Source of the DNA: a bacterium | GTDB lineage: Bacteria > UBA8248 | Reading direction: 5' to 3' | Assembly (NCBI GenBank): GCA_965202625.1 | Contig: CBDBBI010000010.1 | Location: 608,001 to 672,000, forward strand | Length of the DNA stretch: 64,000 nt | Shown here: positions 8,791-19,736 of the stretch, one piece after another | Layout: each line of letters starts with the position of its first letter | Numbering within the stretch: the first letter of the stretch is position 1 | Notes under the pieces: model-generated | What the model was told of the DNA's origin: nothing | Database searches by the model: none | The model's input: the letters and a program-made list of their open reading frames with translations, nothing else | Position numbers and translations under genes: made by a program

Positions 8791-9067
8791 TTTTCAGCGC
8801 CCTTTCACAGCGTTTTGCCAGGGCGTTTCACCCCGGAAAATCCGCTGTTTTTCTAGGCCATTCGTAATTATTTTTACTTGGATATACTCATGCGTTTCCC
8901 CCTTCTCCGATCATGTACGCACATCCTCGTATTTCGCCCTCAACCGGATGCGGCTCTACTCTGGCGATGCGCACCACCCGCTCCGCTCGTTGCGTGAGGG
9001 CGCATTCAAGCGTAGTTTAGGGAAGTTAGGCGCGGCAGTCGGACGACAAAGCTAGAGGGAAAATTTT

Positions 9068-9685
9068 ATGGAATTCGCCATCAAGATTTACGATAGATCA
9101 GAGGCCGGCGCCTTGCGGGACGCGCATCGAAAAGCACACCTCGATTATCTGAAGCGCTTCGAGGGCGTCACCCGTTTCGCGGGTCCATTTCTCACCGATG
9201 ATGGGGAAGGTGAGCTAGGTAGTTTTCGCATTCTGAATTTAGCGGATCGCGCCGCCGCGGAGAGGCACGTGGCGGATGAGCCTTTCATCATCGAAGGGGT
9301 TCAGGAGCTCCCCTCAATTCATCGCTGGCGCGGTACCACGCCCCATTCATGGCGCGACTGTCCGCGAAAAAAGGGAAACCTTCAATTTTATATCCATGCA
9401 ATGGACAAACCGGATGGCGTCGTGATTCGGGAGGCGCACTATGAAGCGCACGTGGCTTACCTAAGCGAGAACGGCGATTCCGTGATGGCGCGCGGCCCGC
9501 TTCTCAGCGATGACGGACAGACGAGAAACGGCAGCGCGCTGTTGCTCGATTTTCCCGATATCGGATCGGCACGGGCGTTTTGGGCGGAGGAGCCTTACCA
9601 TAAGGCGGGCTTGTACGAGAGGGTGGAATTCTACGCTTGGCGCTTCGGGCGGGTGTTCGATCGGTTCAAGGTCCCTGCGCGGTGA
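9068..9685 (+). CDS. Tandem two-domain YciI family protein
   Basis: Two repeats of 'R..H..HL.YL...GP.L.DDG...GS....D.....A......EP(F/Y)'. Confidence 0.85.
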   Translation: MEFAIKIYDRSEAGALRDAHRKAHLDYLKRFEGVTRFAGPFLTDDGEGELGSFRILNLADRAAAERHVADEPFIIEGVQELPSIHRWRGTTPHSWRDCPRKKGNLQFYIHAMDKPDGVVIREAHYEAHVAYLSENGDSVMARGPLLSDDGQTRNGSALLLDFPDIGSARAFWAEEPYHKAGLYERVEFYAWRFGRVFDRFKVPAR

Positions 9686-9706
9686 TGCGCGATGCATCGG
9701 CCATTC

Positions 9707-11164
9707 TCAAAAAACCTCGGCTGTGAATTCCATGCGCACCCTATCCTGAAGAGAACGAATAGCCTTGAGCGACATTCGAAGAATGTGTTTTTCTCTTCTG
9801 GATATTTCCGATTTTCTGACGTAGGGCGTCGCCTTTTGAAATCGCTTGAAATCCCTTAGCTGCTGGCGCAGCAATATGGTTGCGAGATGTTCGAGGGCGG
9901 CGAGATATTCATCCGCCTCATCGTCGCTGAATACACCCGCCTCATGCAACAGCCCGATGCGTTTGTGGGTGGAGGTCGCCTTCAGTCCCTCCTTGAGGGC
10001 GAGCAGCCTCACAGCTCCCGCAAGGGGAAGGATGCCCCCGTGCTTGAGGTTTATCTTCAAAATCCCCTCCTGCGTTCTCTCCGAGTGCAGCCTGCCTAAC
10101 AGGCCGAGGGCGACGCGCCTGTCGGCCTCGGTTTGCAACATGGCATGAAACAGGACGCGTTCTCTTTGAACGAACCGCATGATGTGATCCCGCAATTCCC
10201 GTCCAAACGACAAAACGCCATAGGCGGTGTCAAAATCGAAGAAGACATCGCTCAACGGGACCTGGAACATGCTGCGTTTCTGAAACCACCGCAGGGTCTG
10301 GTGCTTCCACTCCGAGAGCGATTTGCGCCAGAGCGGGTTTGTCGCCATAACTTAGCCCGCACACAGAGGGAAACCGATGACCTCTAGGGTCTGGGTAAGC
10401 AGTTCTGAGAATCTTATGAAATACGCATTAACTTCGTCGTGCCGCCCCAAGGGGTAGTCTTCGAGGATCATACCGTTGTCCTGATCCGGATTGATGAAGT
10501 TTTCCCCCCGACCGGAGGAACCCATGACGATTACCGAGAAGCGAACGGGCGGATCGCCTCCCCTCTCCTCCTTGATGAACGCAATCGCTCTCACACACAC
10601 CCTTCGGTAGATGTCGTTATTCACGTGGGTGAGCAACGCCAAAATTCCGGGTGCCGGAAGGTTATCCTCAAGCAAGCCTTGCGCGACATCCACCTGTGCG
10701 GCTTTCACCTCATGCAGCCCGTAAAGGTCAGAGTCCTGCGTGAAAGCGTCGATGTGTCCCATTATCTGCTCCGCCGCTACAGCCATGGCGTCTTGAAGAT
10801 CGAGCAAGCCAAGAGGGCGGTTCGCCTCATCCACTACGGGCATGTGGCGGTGGCCGAGACGCCGCATACTCGCCATCGCGCGGTAGAGATAGTCCTCTCT
10901 CGTGGAGACATGGACGGGGGTCGTCATGACTTGCTGAATCGTCTCCGCGCCATCGCATCTCAAGGCGACACGGCGGGTCACGTCCTTTTCCGTAAAAATG
11001 CCGGCTAATGCGTCATCCTCATCGGTGATGAGAACGCAGGCGGCATTCTTCTCCGCCATCTGGGCGATGACGTTCTCAAGATTCTCCGAAGCCGGAAATA
11101 TGAGCGGATCCGATCGCAGGAAATCATTCACAAAGCAAGAGAAAATTCTCGTCTGAGATTGCAT
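9707..11164 (-). pseudogene. CBS + DUF294 nucleotidyltransferase-like protein interrupted by an in-frame TAA (10352-10354)
   Basis: CBS pair, MGSSGRGE..PDQDNG, FPLCAG*VMATNPLW, NLKHGGILPL; both ORFs share one frame. Confidence 0.85.
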
Positions 11165-11227
11165 GAGATTCTGAACCCATATTCACTGCGCCCGCTCAAG
11201 GGCACGGCACCCTACCCCTAGCGTCCT

Positions 11228-12205
11228 TCAATCTTTCAGGTATTTGGCCAAATAGGCGATGCTCGTCTCAATCGCCGCTTCTTGGATTTCATCGACGATG
11301 TATTCTCCATCCCCTCCCCTTTCAGGAAAGACGTATCCGTGCATTCGATGATCGTAGGAAACCCACTCGACCTCGTTTCCCGCTTCACGCATCAGATCAT
11401 ACGTGACCCTGAATACGCCTTGGAGGTGGTCCCCATCCCTTCCCATGAAGAGAATCGGGGTGCGAATGCGCGCCATCCTCTCAAGCGCGAGGTTTTCGTT
11501 GACGCGTGTCCTGACTTTTTCGACCTCCCGCATCATCATTCCTTCTATGTTCCTCAGGCGCGTCTCCTTTTTGACGAACGCGGTCGCGTCCGGCAAGAGG
11601 TCCAAAAACTCATGAGCGGCCGGCTCGCAGGCCACGCAGGCGCGGACACCCCCATATTCGGAGGTGATTTTGAGGATCATCTCACCTGCGTGGCTCACAC
11701 CTATAAGAGCGATGCGGGACGCATCCACCTCGGGCAGACTTTTCAGGTGCTCGATAATCGAAATCTCATCCTCATATTCCAGAGGAGAGCGATTCAGGAG
11801 CTGTCGGCCCTGTCGCACGTCCTCGACCAAGCGTCCCCCGTTGTTGTAGCCGAGTTCCACTTCCGATCGGTACCTCAGCCAAGCGCAGGCGTAGCGCGCC
11901 TCCAGTAGGCATTCCTGAATATAGCTCTTGTTACGGGTCGCCTCACGCACCCAAGCCATGCCGCCGCCGCCATTTCCACTTGCGAGCAGCACGACGGGAT
12001 GCGGCCCCTCGCCCTCAGGTATTCTGAGCCCTATCGGAGCGTATACGCCATCAAGAAGCTCGACGTACATGAGGTGAACCGGATACTCAGAGCCCGCCAC
12101 CTGTTCCGTGATGACGACGCGCTCGGGGTCGATTCCGCCTTTCAAGAGACACTCCTCGCTCGTTTTCCACAATCGGCAATAGTATTCATCATCCCACAGG
12201 ATCAT
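11228..12205 (-). CDS. Alpha/beta hydrolase (dienelactone hydrolase / peptidase S9-like)
   Basis: GLRIPEGEGPHPVVL, VDASRIALIGVSHAG nucleophile elbow, C-terminal HGY. Confidence 0.7.
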   Translation of the reverse strand: MILWDDEYYCRLWKTSEECLLKGGIDPERVVITEQVAGSEYPVHLMYVELLDGVYAPIGLRIPEGEGPHPVVLLASGNGGGGMAWVREATRNKSYIQECLLEARYACAWLRYRSEVELGYNNGGRLVEDVRQGRQLLNRSPLEYEDEISIIEHLKSLPEVDASRIALIGVSHAGEMILKITSEYGGVRACVACEPAAHEFLDLLPDATAFVKKETRLRNIEGMMMREVEKVRTRVNENLALERMARIRTPILFMGRDGDHLQGVFRVTYDLMREAGNEVEWVSYDHRMHGYVFPERGGDGEYIVDEIQEAAIETSIAYLAKYLKD

Positions 12206-13029
12206 TGAAAACAAAAAGGACGAAGCGTCAGGTTGAGCCCCTTTAAGATTTAGGATATCACCCTGTTTTCTTGACTGGATTGGTTCAGGGGCGAGACGAT
12301 TCTTTGTTTGTTTCTTCTTATGAAATCTCAATCACATGAAATTAGGAAGCCGATGGTGTTATTTCAATCCCCCATCATCTTGAATTGGTTAGCTCGCTCA
12401 AAACGAGACACCGTTAGACCCAGCATGGCAACTTGCTTATGCCGAATCCGTAGGCTCGCAGGCACTGTTGGGCCTACCCGCATTGAAACGCCTAGTTGAG
12501 GACCCGCAGACTCAAAATTGCGCCGTTGTTTGTCCCCTCCAAACAAGTTTGCGAGTGCCTAATGTGCCAGTTGTCATCGCCGAAATCTATCTTTCCCTTC
12601 TCAAGACAGAAAGGCAGAGATAAAAAGTCACAAGGGAAATGATGAGGAGCTCGACTCCGCCCAGGTTCGCGTGAACGCAGAGGCGTTTGCACGACTGGAC
12701 GCTCTAGGACTAGAAGGCTTGGTGCCACTTCTCAAAGGTGCGCCGGGGCCTCACATCTGACAAACGCAGGCTCATTGAAACCGAAGAAGCCTGGATATTC
12801 AGCCTCGCATGGAGATGCGATCCGCCATGTTTTGGGCTTGCGCTAGCGACGCCTGCAGAAAGAAGGAATTCGTGGAATCTCTGCGCTCTACCTCGCCCCT
12901 TGAGTGCGAATTCCATGCAGTGAGATGAACTCTCAGCACTTTTTCCCCTCCCTATAGTATGAGAAAATACTATCATGTGAGAGTAAACTTCCTCCTAGAT
13001 TGTCGGTTTTTTGAGTCGTGAGCGAAGAG

Positions 13030-13311
13030 ATGTCCGAGACCCAGTGTCCGAAATGCGGCGTAAAAACTTCCGGCGCAGGCCCCTGTCCTATCTGTGGCAG
13101 CACGCTCAACGCGAAAGTTGGGGACGATAGGTCCTTGAACATCGTAGACGCCAAGGAGATCGTCGTGAAAGTCATGTGGGGGACGGGTGCTCTGATGATT
13201 TGCGGAGGCCTGGGCGCTCTCTCTGCGGGCGCGACGAAGCCTGCGGTCGGTCTGCTGGGCTTGGGCGGCTTCCTCTTCGCAGGCTCCTACGCGCTTGATT
13301 GGTGGACGTGA
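13030..13311 (+). CDS. Small zinc-ribbon membrane protein
   Basis: CPKC...CPIC followed by two hydrophobic helices. Confidence 0.6.
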   Translation: MSETQCPKCGVKTSGAGPCPICGSTLNAKVGDDRSLNIVDAKEIVVKVMWGTGALMICGGLGALSAGATKPAVGLLGLGGFLFAGSYALDWWT

Positions 13312-13328
13312 CCCTCAGCACATCGGGT

Positions 13329-13405
13329 TGGTGCCCCCGGCAGGATTCGAACCTGCGGCCTACGGATTAGGAATCCGGCGCTCTATCCTGCTGAGCTACG
13401 GGGGC
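13329..13405 (-). tRNA. tRNA-Arg(CCT)
   Basis: 77-nt cloverleaf, anticodon loop TTCCTAA, GGTTCGAATCC T-arm, encoded CCA. Confidence 0.95.
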
Positions 13406-13433
13406 TTGTGAGCCGGGGCGCGGCGTTTTTCAC

Positions 13434-13958
13434 TCAATATCGTATCAGGGACTTCACGGAGTGCGGAGCGAGACGCTCCCGTCCTTTTAAAAAAGCAAGC
13501 TCGACGAGGAACGAGAGGCCGTGGACGCGCCCGCCGAGAGATTCGACGAGCGCCACGCAAGCGGATGCGGTGCCCCCTGTAGCGAGTAGATCGTCAGCGA
13601 TGAGCACCTTCATACCGGGCTTGATGGCGTCGTTGTGAATCTCCAGAGCGTCGGCGCCGTACTCGAGTTCATAGGCGGCTTGGGTCTTCTCCCAGGGGAG
13701 TTTTCCCGGTTTTCTCACCAAGGCGAAGCCCGCTCCGATCTTGTAGGCAAGGGGCGCTCCAATGACGAAACCGCGCGCCTCCGCGGCCAGGACGACGTCG
13801 ATCCCCTGACCAAGCAAAGGCTCCGCCGCCAAGTCCACCGCCGTTTGAAAAGCCTCGGCATCTTGGAGCATGGGGGTGATGTCCTTGAACATGATGCCTT
13901 CCTTGGGGAAATCAGGTACATCCCGAATATGTGGCAGAAGCCGGCTAACTTTGGACAT
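13434..13958 (-). CDS. apt: Adenine phosphoribosyltransferase
   Basis: PDFPKEGIMFKDIT, RKPGKLP, YELEYG, DDLLATGGT. Confidence 0.97.
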   Translation of the reverse strand: MSKVSRLLPHIRDVPDFPKEGIMFKDITPMLQDAEAFQTAVDLAAEPLLGQGIDVVLAAEARGFVIGAPLAYKIGAGFALVRKPGKLPWEKTQAAYELEYGADALEIHNDAIKPGMKVLIADDLLATGGTASACVALVESLGGRVHGLSFLVELAFLKGRERLAPHSVKSLIRY

Positions 13959-14144
13959 GAAAACCCTCTCTCGCCGGACGAAGGCACCGTTGACGTTTTA
14001 TCGTGCCCCTATCTTGGCGATTCTCCGGAACATGAAATGAAATGCCCCCGACGGGCAAGACCATTCCAGGTTTTCTCTCCTCACCTTGCTTTTATGTGCG
14101 ATCGTTGTTCATCATAAAAATCTCTTAGAGGATAGGGAAACCTC

Positions 14145-14981
14145 TCACGGCAGATAGGATAGCGGGTTTTGGGGTTGCGTGCGATGCCTGATCTCGAAAT
14201 GAACGTGCGGCCTCTTAAAGCCCCTCGTGCGGCCCGCCAAGGCGATGGGTGTTCCACGCGAGACCTGCTGGCCCTTGCGTACGAGATTCTTGGCTATGCG
14301 GGCGTAGACAGAATGATACTCGCCTTCCTGGTGTCTGAGAATGATGAGACGACCTAGTCTTCCAGGGCCAAAGTCGGAGAATATGACGCGGCCCTCGGCG
14401 GCGGCGCGCACTTTCGCGCGCTCGCGAGTGGCGATCAAGATACCATCCGTCTTTTTGCCTCCGCGCGTGCCGAAGCGGCGAACCACGCGCCCGCGCAGAG
14501 GCCATGAGAATTTGGGTCGATTCTTGTTTCTCGTCCTCCATTTTACGTGGCGTGTCCGGTCAGAGCTTTTGGGTTTCGGGGGCGCGCTCCAGTGCACACG
14601 GCGTTTGGGTGGTTGATGGTCGCCGTCGCCGCTCGTTTGGGCACGACGCAGGTTCCTCGCGCCCAGAATGAAGATGCGGGAGCCCGCTCGCAGTCGATCC
14701 GGATCCGCGATGCCATTCAGGACAGCGATCTGTTCGACCTCCACCCCGTAGGCACGTCCAATACGCCAAAGGTTCTCGCCGCGCTGCACGGTGTGATATA
14801 CGCCGCCCAAATCGCGGCGAGTTTTATTCGGCCAAAGCGCCTCAAGCGGCGCACAGCCGGTCGCCAAAATCAGGGAGAATACACATACCCCGCACCACGC
14901 CGCGCGTCCCCTCCACGAACGCTGAAGGGACGAGAAGTCACGTGTGAAAGCGCGCGTCCATATTCTATCCTCATCAGGCAT
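14145..14981 (-). CDS. LysM + M23 peptidase lipoprotein (NlpD-like)
   Basis: Lipobox LATGC, LysM YHTVQRGENLWRI, WPLRG, HVHFEIR. Confidence 0.85.
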   Translation of the reverse strand: MPDEDRIWTRAFTRDFSSLQRSWRGRAAWCGVCVFSLILATGCAPLEALWPNKTRRDLGGVYHTVQRGENLWRIGRAYGVEVEQIAVLNGIADPDRLRAGSRIFILGARNLRRAQTSGDGDHQPPKRRVHWSAPPKPKSSDRTRHVKWRTRNKNRPKFSWPLRGRVVRRFGTRGGKKTDGILIATRERAKVRAAAEGRVIFSDFGPGRLGRLIILRHQEGEYHSVYARIAKNLVRKGQQVSRGTPIALAGRTRGFKRPHVHFEIRHRTQPQNPLSYLP

Positions 14982-15018
14982 CGGAAAGCATTCCTGCGAA
15001 TCCAAGATGATCGAGAGG

Positions 15019-15501
15019 CTACGAGTGGGCGTGTCCATGCCGTGCGCGTCCAAGCTGGGAATCAAGCGCCATCCTAACGGCCTCCTCGGGGCTGGAGACG
15101 AGAATCACACCCTCTGGGTTGCTTTCACGTCCCAAGGCGATCACCCTCCTTCCGAGTTTGAGTCCTAAAGCGATTTCAGAGAGCGTTCCGTGCGATCCCG
15201 GCAGGGCGACGAGCGCTTGGGCCGTGGCCGCGATAATAGCGTTTCGGGCGTGGCCCATACCGGTGACAACAGGAATGTCGATGAAGGGATTCGCGGATTT
15301 CGCGTCATAGGAGGGCAGGACACCAACGGTAAGGCCGTCCGCCTCCTTCGCCCCCCGTGCGGCGGCGCACATGACACCACCCAGCCCTCCACAGACGAGC
15401 ACAGCCCCCGCCCGCGCGATGGCAGCACCCGTCGCCTCGGCCAGAAGGGATATTTCCGGCCCGGGGTCAGAATCTCCAACCACGCCGATTATGATTTTCA
15501 T
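15019..15501 (-). CDS. TIGR00725 / LOG-fold protein
   Basis: IGVVG, LVCGGLGGVM, TGMGHARN, GTLSEIALG. Confidence 0.9.
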   Translation of the reverse strand: MKIIIGVVGDSDPGPEISLLAEATGAAIARAGAVLVCGGLGGVMCAAARGAKEADGLTVGVLPSYDAKSANPFIDIPVVTGMGHARNAIIAATAQALVALPGSHGTLSEIALGLKLGRRVIALGRESNPEGVILVSSPEEAVRMALDSQLGRARHGHAHS

Positions 15502-15709
15502 CAGATGATCCTGGGTCGAAGTCTCCTGCCTGATCTTATAGAGCGCGGGCGCCATGTCAAGTCTTTTATGTGGCCAGCCCGCTGACGCTATTCTTTGAGG
15601 AGAGGGGGTTCTCACTGCACCGCCTTGTCCGAGGCTTCATACGGCCCAAGCCTTATCGCCGCGTCTTTTGCCTAATCCTCTTGCAAAAGGCGCTTTAACG
15701 CCTCCTCCC

Positions 15710-16897
15710 CTACCCCCCATCGGGAACGCTCACCTTCTTGTTGTACTCCGCCGGCAACCCATTGTTCAACGTGTGAAGGATCCAGTCCGCTATGGCGGGG
15801 TACATGTCGGCCGCCACCTCGCCCATGGGATGGAATACACCTTCATAGAGCCACAGCTCGCGCGGGCAAGTGAGGTGCGCGAAAAACACCTCAATGTCGT
15901 CCGGCGTGCAAAGCTCGTCCATGTCGCCGGCCACGAGCAGATAATTCGACTTCATCTTGCTCACCATGGGGAGCCAGATGCTGTCACGCTCCTCGACGAA
16001 GGCGTCGAAAGCATCCTCGTCCAGGATGTTTGTCATATACATGTAGATTCTCTTGAAGTTGGGCTGGGCCTGGTTGAAGATGATGTCCGATGGCCCCACA
16101 TTCGCCATCTGCCCGACTACGGTATGAACGCGCTCGTCATGGGCGGCGATCTCCACAGTCCAGCGGCTTCCCATGCTCATGCCCATGAGGCCGATCTTGG
16201 AGGAATCCACCTCTTTTCGAGCGACGAGCCAGTCGATGACCCGGCTGCCCGCGTGCGCGTAGTTGGAGTGATCCACCCATACTTGGTTGAGGTTGCACTC
16301 ACCCTGTCCCGGGCCGTCCATGATCGCGAAGTTCATGCCGCGCTCCCGGAACCAGTTGTTATAGGGTAAAAGCCCGTCTTCCTTGATCATGTCCATGCCG
16401 GGGATGAGCAGGACGGTAGGTTTGGGACCTTCGCCGTCCGCCGGCCAGAAATAGAAATACGCGCTCTTGCCTGGCTCGAATTCCACCTGGCGCTTTTGGA
16501 TGCCGCCGCCCATGAGTTCGCGCATCCTGTCGAAGCAACGCGACACGCCTGCGTAATATTCCTTCTTGCGAGGATGCCCGTCCACGGGGATGAGATGCTG
16601 GCCACGCCCGTAGCAAAGTCCCGCGCGGTTGTAGTGCATCGCGGCGGTCACATGGTTCCCGACCTCGGCCGCCGCTACAGCCTTTTTCTCCTGAAGGGCA
16701 GCCTGCTTCCCCCATAAAAGGGGGATGGAGCGCCTTCCGGAGACCTTTGCGTAGACCGCCTGCAGGTCCTGGTGCCGGAAACCTCTCTCGTAGCGCGTGC
16801 CCATGATGCCAGGATGGAGAACGTCCTCGTTCTCCGAAAGTTTGAGGAAATTGTCGAAAATCCAGTTTTGATTCGCGCGCGACGCCTGTCGTCTCAT
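15710..16897 (-). CDS. Alpha/beta hydrolase, 2,6-dihydroxypseudooxynicotine hydrolase / DUF1100-like
   Basis: PGMDMIKE, DGPGQGE, GMSMG. Confidence 0.75.
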   Translation of the reverse strand: MRRQASRANQNWIFDNFLKLSENEDVLHPGIMGTRYERGFRHQDLQAVYAKVSGRRSIPLLWGKQAALQEKKAVAAAEVGNHVTAAMHYNRAGLCYGRGQHLIPVDGHPRKKEYYAGVSRCFDRMRELMGGGIQKRQVEFEPGKSAYFYFWPADGEGPKPTVLLIPGMDMIKEDGLLPYNNWFRERGMNFAIMDGPGQGECNLNQVWVDHSNYAHAGSRVIDWLVARKEVDSSKIGLMGMSMGSRWTVEIAAHDERVHTVVGQMANVGPSDIIFNQAQPNFKRIYMYMTNILDEDAFDAFVEERDSIWLPMVSKMKSNYLLVAGDMDELCTPDDIEVFFAHLTCPRELWLYEGVFHPMGEVAADMYPAIADWILHTLNNGLPAEYNKKVSVPDGG

Positions 16898-17052
16898 GCC
16901 ACTACCTTCTCCTTTCCCGTCCGATGAATGGGGGCGAGGGCCTCATCCTCGCCGCTCACAGAAGACAAAAAAACAATTCAGCCCGCATCTTCCAGCCCTT
17001 AGCCGCTCAGGTCAACCGCTCATCGCCGTGAGGATGATTTTATGGCCCCACC

Positions 17053-17081
17053 TTGACAAGTCCGTCGCTCTTGCGTAGGTT
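17053..17081 (+). promoter_or_regulatory. Putative sigma70 promoter of metY
   Basis: TTGACA-17 nt-TAGGTT. Confidence 0.4.
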
Positions 17082-17184
17082 TAGCCTCTTTTTTGGAAAT
17101 ATGGAGGATGGTAAACTTCAAGACATAGGAGCGATGTGTCTTCCGTCTCAAACATCTTTTTTAATGAGGAATGAGGAGCTGACA

Positions 17185-18477
17185 ATGGCAGTCGAATCAC
17201 GCAAAAAGGAAACAATCGTCCTTCATGCCGGACACCGAAAGGATGACGCTACGAACTCCGTAGCCGTACCAATTTACCAGACGTCTTCCTACCAGTTTGA
17301 CAGCACGGAGCATGCCGCCAGTCTGTTCGCGCTCAAAGAGTTCGGCAACATCTACACCCGCATCATGAATCCCACGAACGACGTTCTGGAGAAGCGGCTG
17401 GCCGCTCTCGAGGGCGGCGTCAGTGCCCTCGCCGTCTCCTCGGGCCAGTCGGCCTCAATGATGGCCGTGATGAACGTGGCGCGCACCGGCGACAACATTG
17501 TGAGCTCGACCGATCTCTACGGCGGCACGTGGAATCTCTTCGCCAATCAGTTGAAGGACGTCGGCATCGAATGCCGTTTCGTCGACCCGGAAGAGCCGGA
17601 GAATTTTGCAAAAGCGACCGACAAGAAAACGCGCGCCTATTACGCCGAGACGCTGCCGAATCCGAAGCTGCACGTTTTTCCCGTCAAGGAGGTCGCCGAC
17701 ATCGGATGCGAGATGGGGATTCCCCTCATAATGGACAACACGGCGGCGCACGGCCTCTGCAAGCCCTTTGAGCATGGCGCGGCCGTCATCGCTTCATCGT
17801 GCACGAAATACATCGGCGGGCACGGCAACTCCATCGGCGGCATCATCATCGACGGTGGAAACTTCGACTGGGCAGCACACCCCGAAAGGCAGCCCTACCT
17901 GAACCAGCCGGACGCAAGCTACCACGGCGCGGTGTGGACGGAGGCCGTCAAGCCGCTTGGCCCCATCGCCTACATCATCAAGGCGCGCGTCACTCTCTTG
18001 CGCGACTCTGGTCAGGCGATGAGTCCCTTCAACACCTTCTTGTTTCTCCAGGGGCTGGAGACTCTGCCCCTGAGGATGGAACGCCACTGCGAGAATGCCG
18101 CAGCCGTGGCGGATTTTCTGAGCACCCATCCAAAGGTAAGTGCCACGATCTACCCCGGTCTCATGGAAGGGGAGTATAAACGCCGCGCCGACGTGTACCT
18201 CAAGGGCGGCTACGGCGGCCTGTGCGGCTTCGAGCTGAAAGGCGGAAACGAGGCGGGTCAGAATTTCATCAACGCCCTCCAGATGTTCTACCACGTGGCG
18301 AACATCGGAGACACGAGAAGCCTCGCCATCCACCCAGCGAGCACCACACACTCCCAGCTGAGCGCGGAGGAGCAGGCACAGACGGGCGCCACACCGGGCT
18401 ATGTGCGCCTGTCTATCGGCATCGAGCACATTGACGACATCATCGCCGACCTCTCCCAGGCACTGGACGCAGCCTAA
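17185..18477 (+). CDS. metY: O-acetylhomoserine aminocarboxypropyltransferase / cysteine synthase
   Basis: PIYQTSSY, GNIYTRIMNPT, TKYIGGHG, HPASTTHSQL; GAGGAG RBS. Confidence 0.93.
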   Translation: MAVESRKKETIVLHAGHRKDDATNSVAVPIYQTSSYQFDSTEHAASLFALKEFGNIYTRIMNPTNDVLEKRLAALEGGVSALAVSSGQSASMMAVMNVARTGDNIVSSTDLYGGTWNLFANQLKDVGIECRFVDPEEPENFAKATDKKTRAYYAETLPNPKLHVFPVKEVADIGCEMGIPLIMDNTAAHGLCKPFEHGAAVIASSCTKYIGGHGNSIGGIIIDGGNFDWAAHPERQPYLNQPDASYHGAVWTEAVKPLGPIAYIIKARVTLLRDSGQAMSPFNTFLFLQGLETLPLRMERHCENAAAVADFLSTHPKVSATIYPGLMEGEYKRRADVYLKGGYGGLCGFELKGGNEAGQNFINALQMFYHVANIGDTRSLAIHPASTTHSQLSAEEQAQTGATPGYVRLSIGIEHIDDIIADLSQALDAA

Positions 18478-18486
18478 GGCTGAGAG

Positions 18487-18528
18487 CGCAAAGAAAGGGC
18501 ACCCCGTCTGGGGCGCCCTTTCTTTGCG
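18487..18528. terminator. Strong hairpin downstream of metY
   Basis: CGCAAAGAAAGGGC ... GCCCTTTCTTTGCG inverted repeat. Confidence 0.75.
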
Positions 18529-18932
18529 TCGAAATAAATACCTGAAGTAGCCTATGACATATTCCTTATACCACACTAAAAATATGAAGTGAACGAGAAA
18601 ATTCAATTGGCAATCCACATCGGATCATGAAAGCATCAAATGAAGTATTTGTTGGGGCCCCGAGCGCAACTTCCCGATATTCTCGACGCTTCCCGACGGT
18701 TGTTTTTAGGTTTTCTATCTTGACCCATCTGCCGTGTCGAGGGGGAGGGGTCTTTCTCCCCTCTTTCAAAACCGCAGTTTGGATTATTCTTATGACGCAC
18801 GAAGCCTCGCCCCTTCAGGTCTCGCGCAAGATCGCCTTTACACTCTGGACATACTATAGTTGTAGCGTTCAGCAGTAGAGGTTCGTAGCAATTTTATTCC
18901 TTTTGACTTTTGATCAATATGCAGAGAAAAAA

Positions 18933-19009
<77 letters not shown>

Positions 19010-19049
19010 ACACGGGCGATTCAGACGGGATGACGGACTCCCCCGCCCC

Positions 19050-19736
19050 CTACGGCTTCTCCCATCCGTACTTGCCCACCAATTTCACAAAAACACAGTT
19101 CACCAACTCCTCCGGCGTGAGCATCTCTCCCGTTTCCGAGGCGCGATATCGAACAAGAGTTTGTTTCTTCCCTTCTCCCAAAGGCATGACGATGCGGCCA
19201 CCAGGGGCTAATTGCCCAATCCACGGCACCGGAACGCGAGGCGCCGACGCCGCGCTGACGATGACATCAAAGGGTGCCTCTTGCGGCCAGCCGTACGTAC
19301 CATCCGCCGTCCAGAGCATATAGTTCGTCACGCCAAAAGAGTCCAGACGCTCCCTGGCCTTCATCGACAGCTCGACCACCCTCTCAATCGCGCGGACTAC
19401 GCCTGCGAGCCTCGCCAGAAGCGCGGTAAGGTAACCTGAACCCACTCCAATCTCAAGCACCTTCTCGCCGCCCCTCAGCTCAAGGGCCTCAAGGGTGGCC
19501 GCCACCATGTAGGGCTGGGAGATCGTCTGTCCGTGTCCGATGGGCAGAGCCTTATCGGCGTAGGCGTTCTCCTTGAATATATCGGGGGCAAAATGATGCC
19601 TCGGCACATCCCGCAGCGCTTCGAGCACGCGGGCGTCCCCGATGCCCCTGGCGACGATTTGCTTCTCCACCATCTCATCACGCGCGCGCCGCCAAGGACT
19701 TCTCGCGTCCTCGCGCCCGTTTAATGGAACCGCCAT
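19050..19736 (-). CDS. pcm: Protein-L-isoaspartate O-methyltransferase
   Basis: [27 protein letters not shown]. Confidence 0.95.
   Translation of the reverse strand: MAVPLNGREDARSPWRRARDEMVEKQIVARGIGDARVLEALRDVPRHHFAPDIFKENAYADKALPIGHGQTISQPYMVAATLEALELRGGEKVLEIGVGSGYLTALLARLAGVVRAIERVVELSMKARERLDSFGVTNYMLWTADGTYGWPQEAPFDVIVSAASAPRVPVPWIGQLAPGGRIVMPLGEGKKQTLVRYRASETGEMLTPEELVNCVFVKLVGKYGWEKP

Noticed and set aside
12330-12960. Possible ncRNA or gene in the long intergenic stretch
   Set aside because: No recognisable RNA family motif or convincing ORF; probably decayed sequence
5315-13328. Integrative island anchored at tRNA-Arg(CCT)
   Set aside because: No integrase and no duplicated tRNA 3' end was found by eye
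16900-17184. SAM riboswitch upstream of metY
   Set aside because: No SAM-I or SAM-II consensus elements could be recognised
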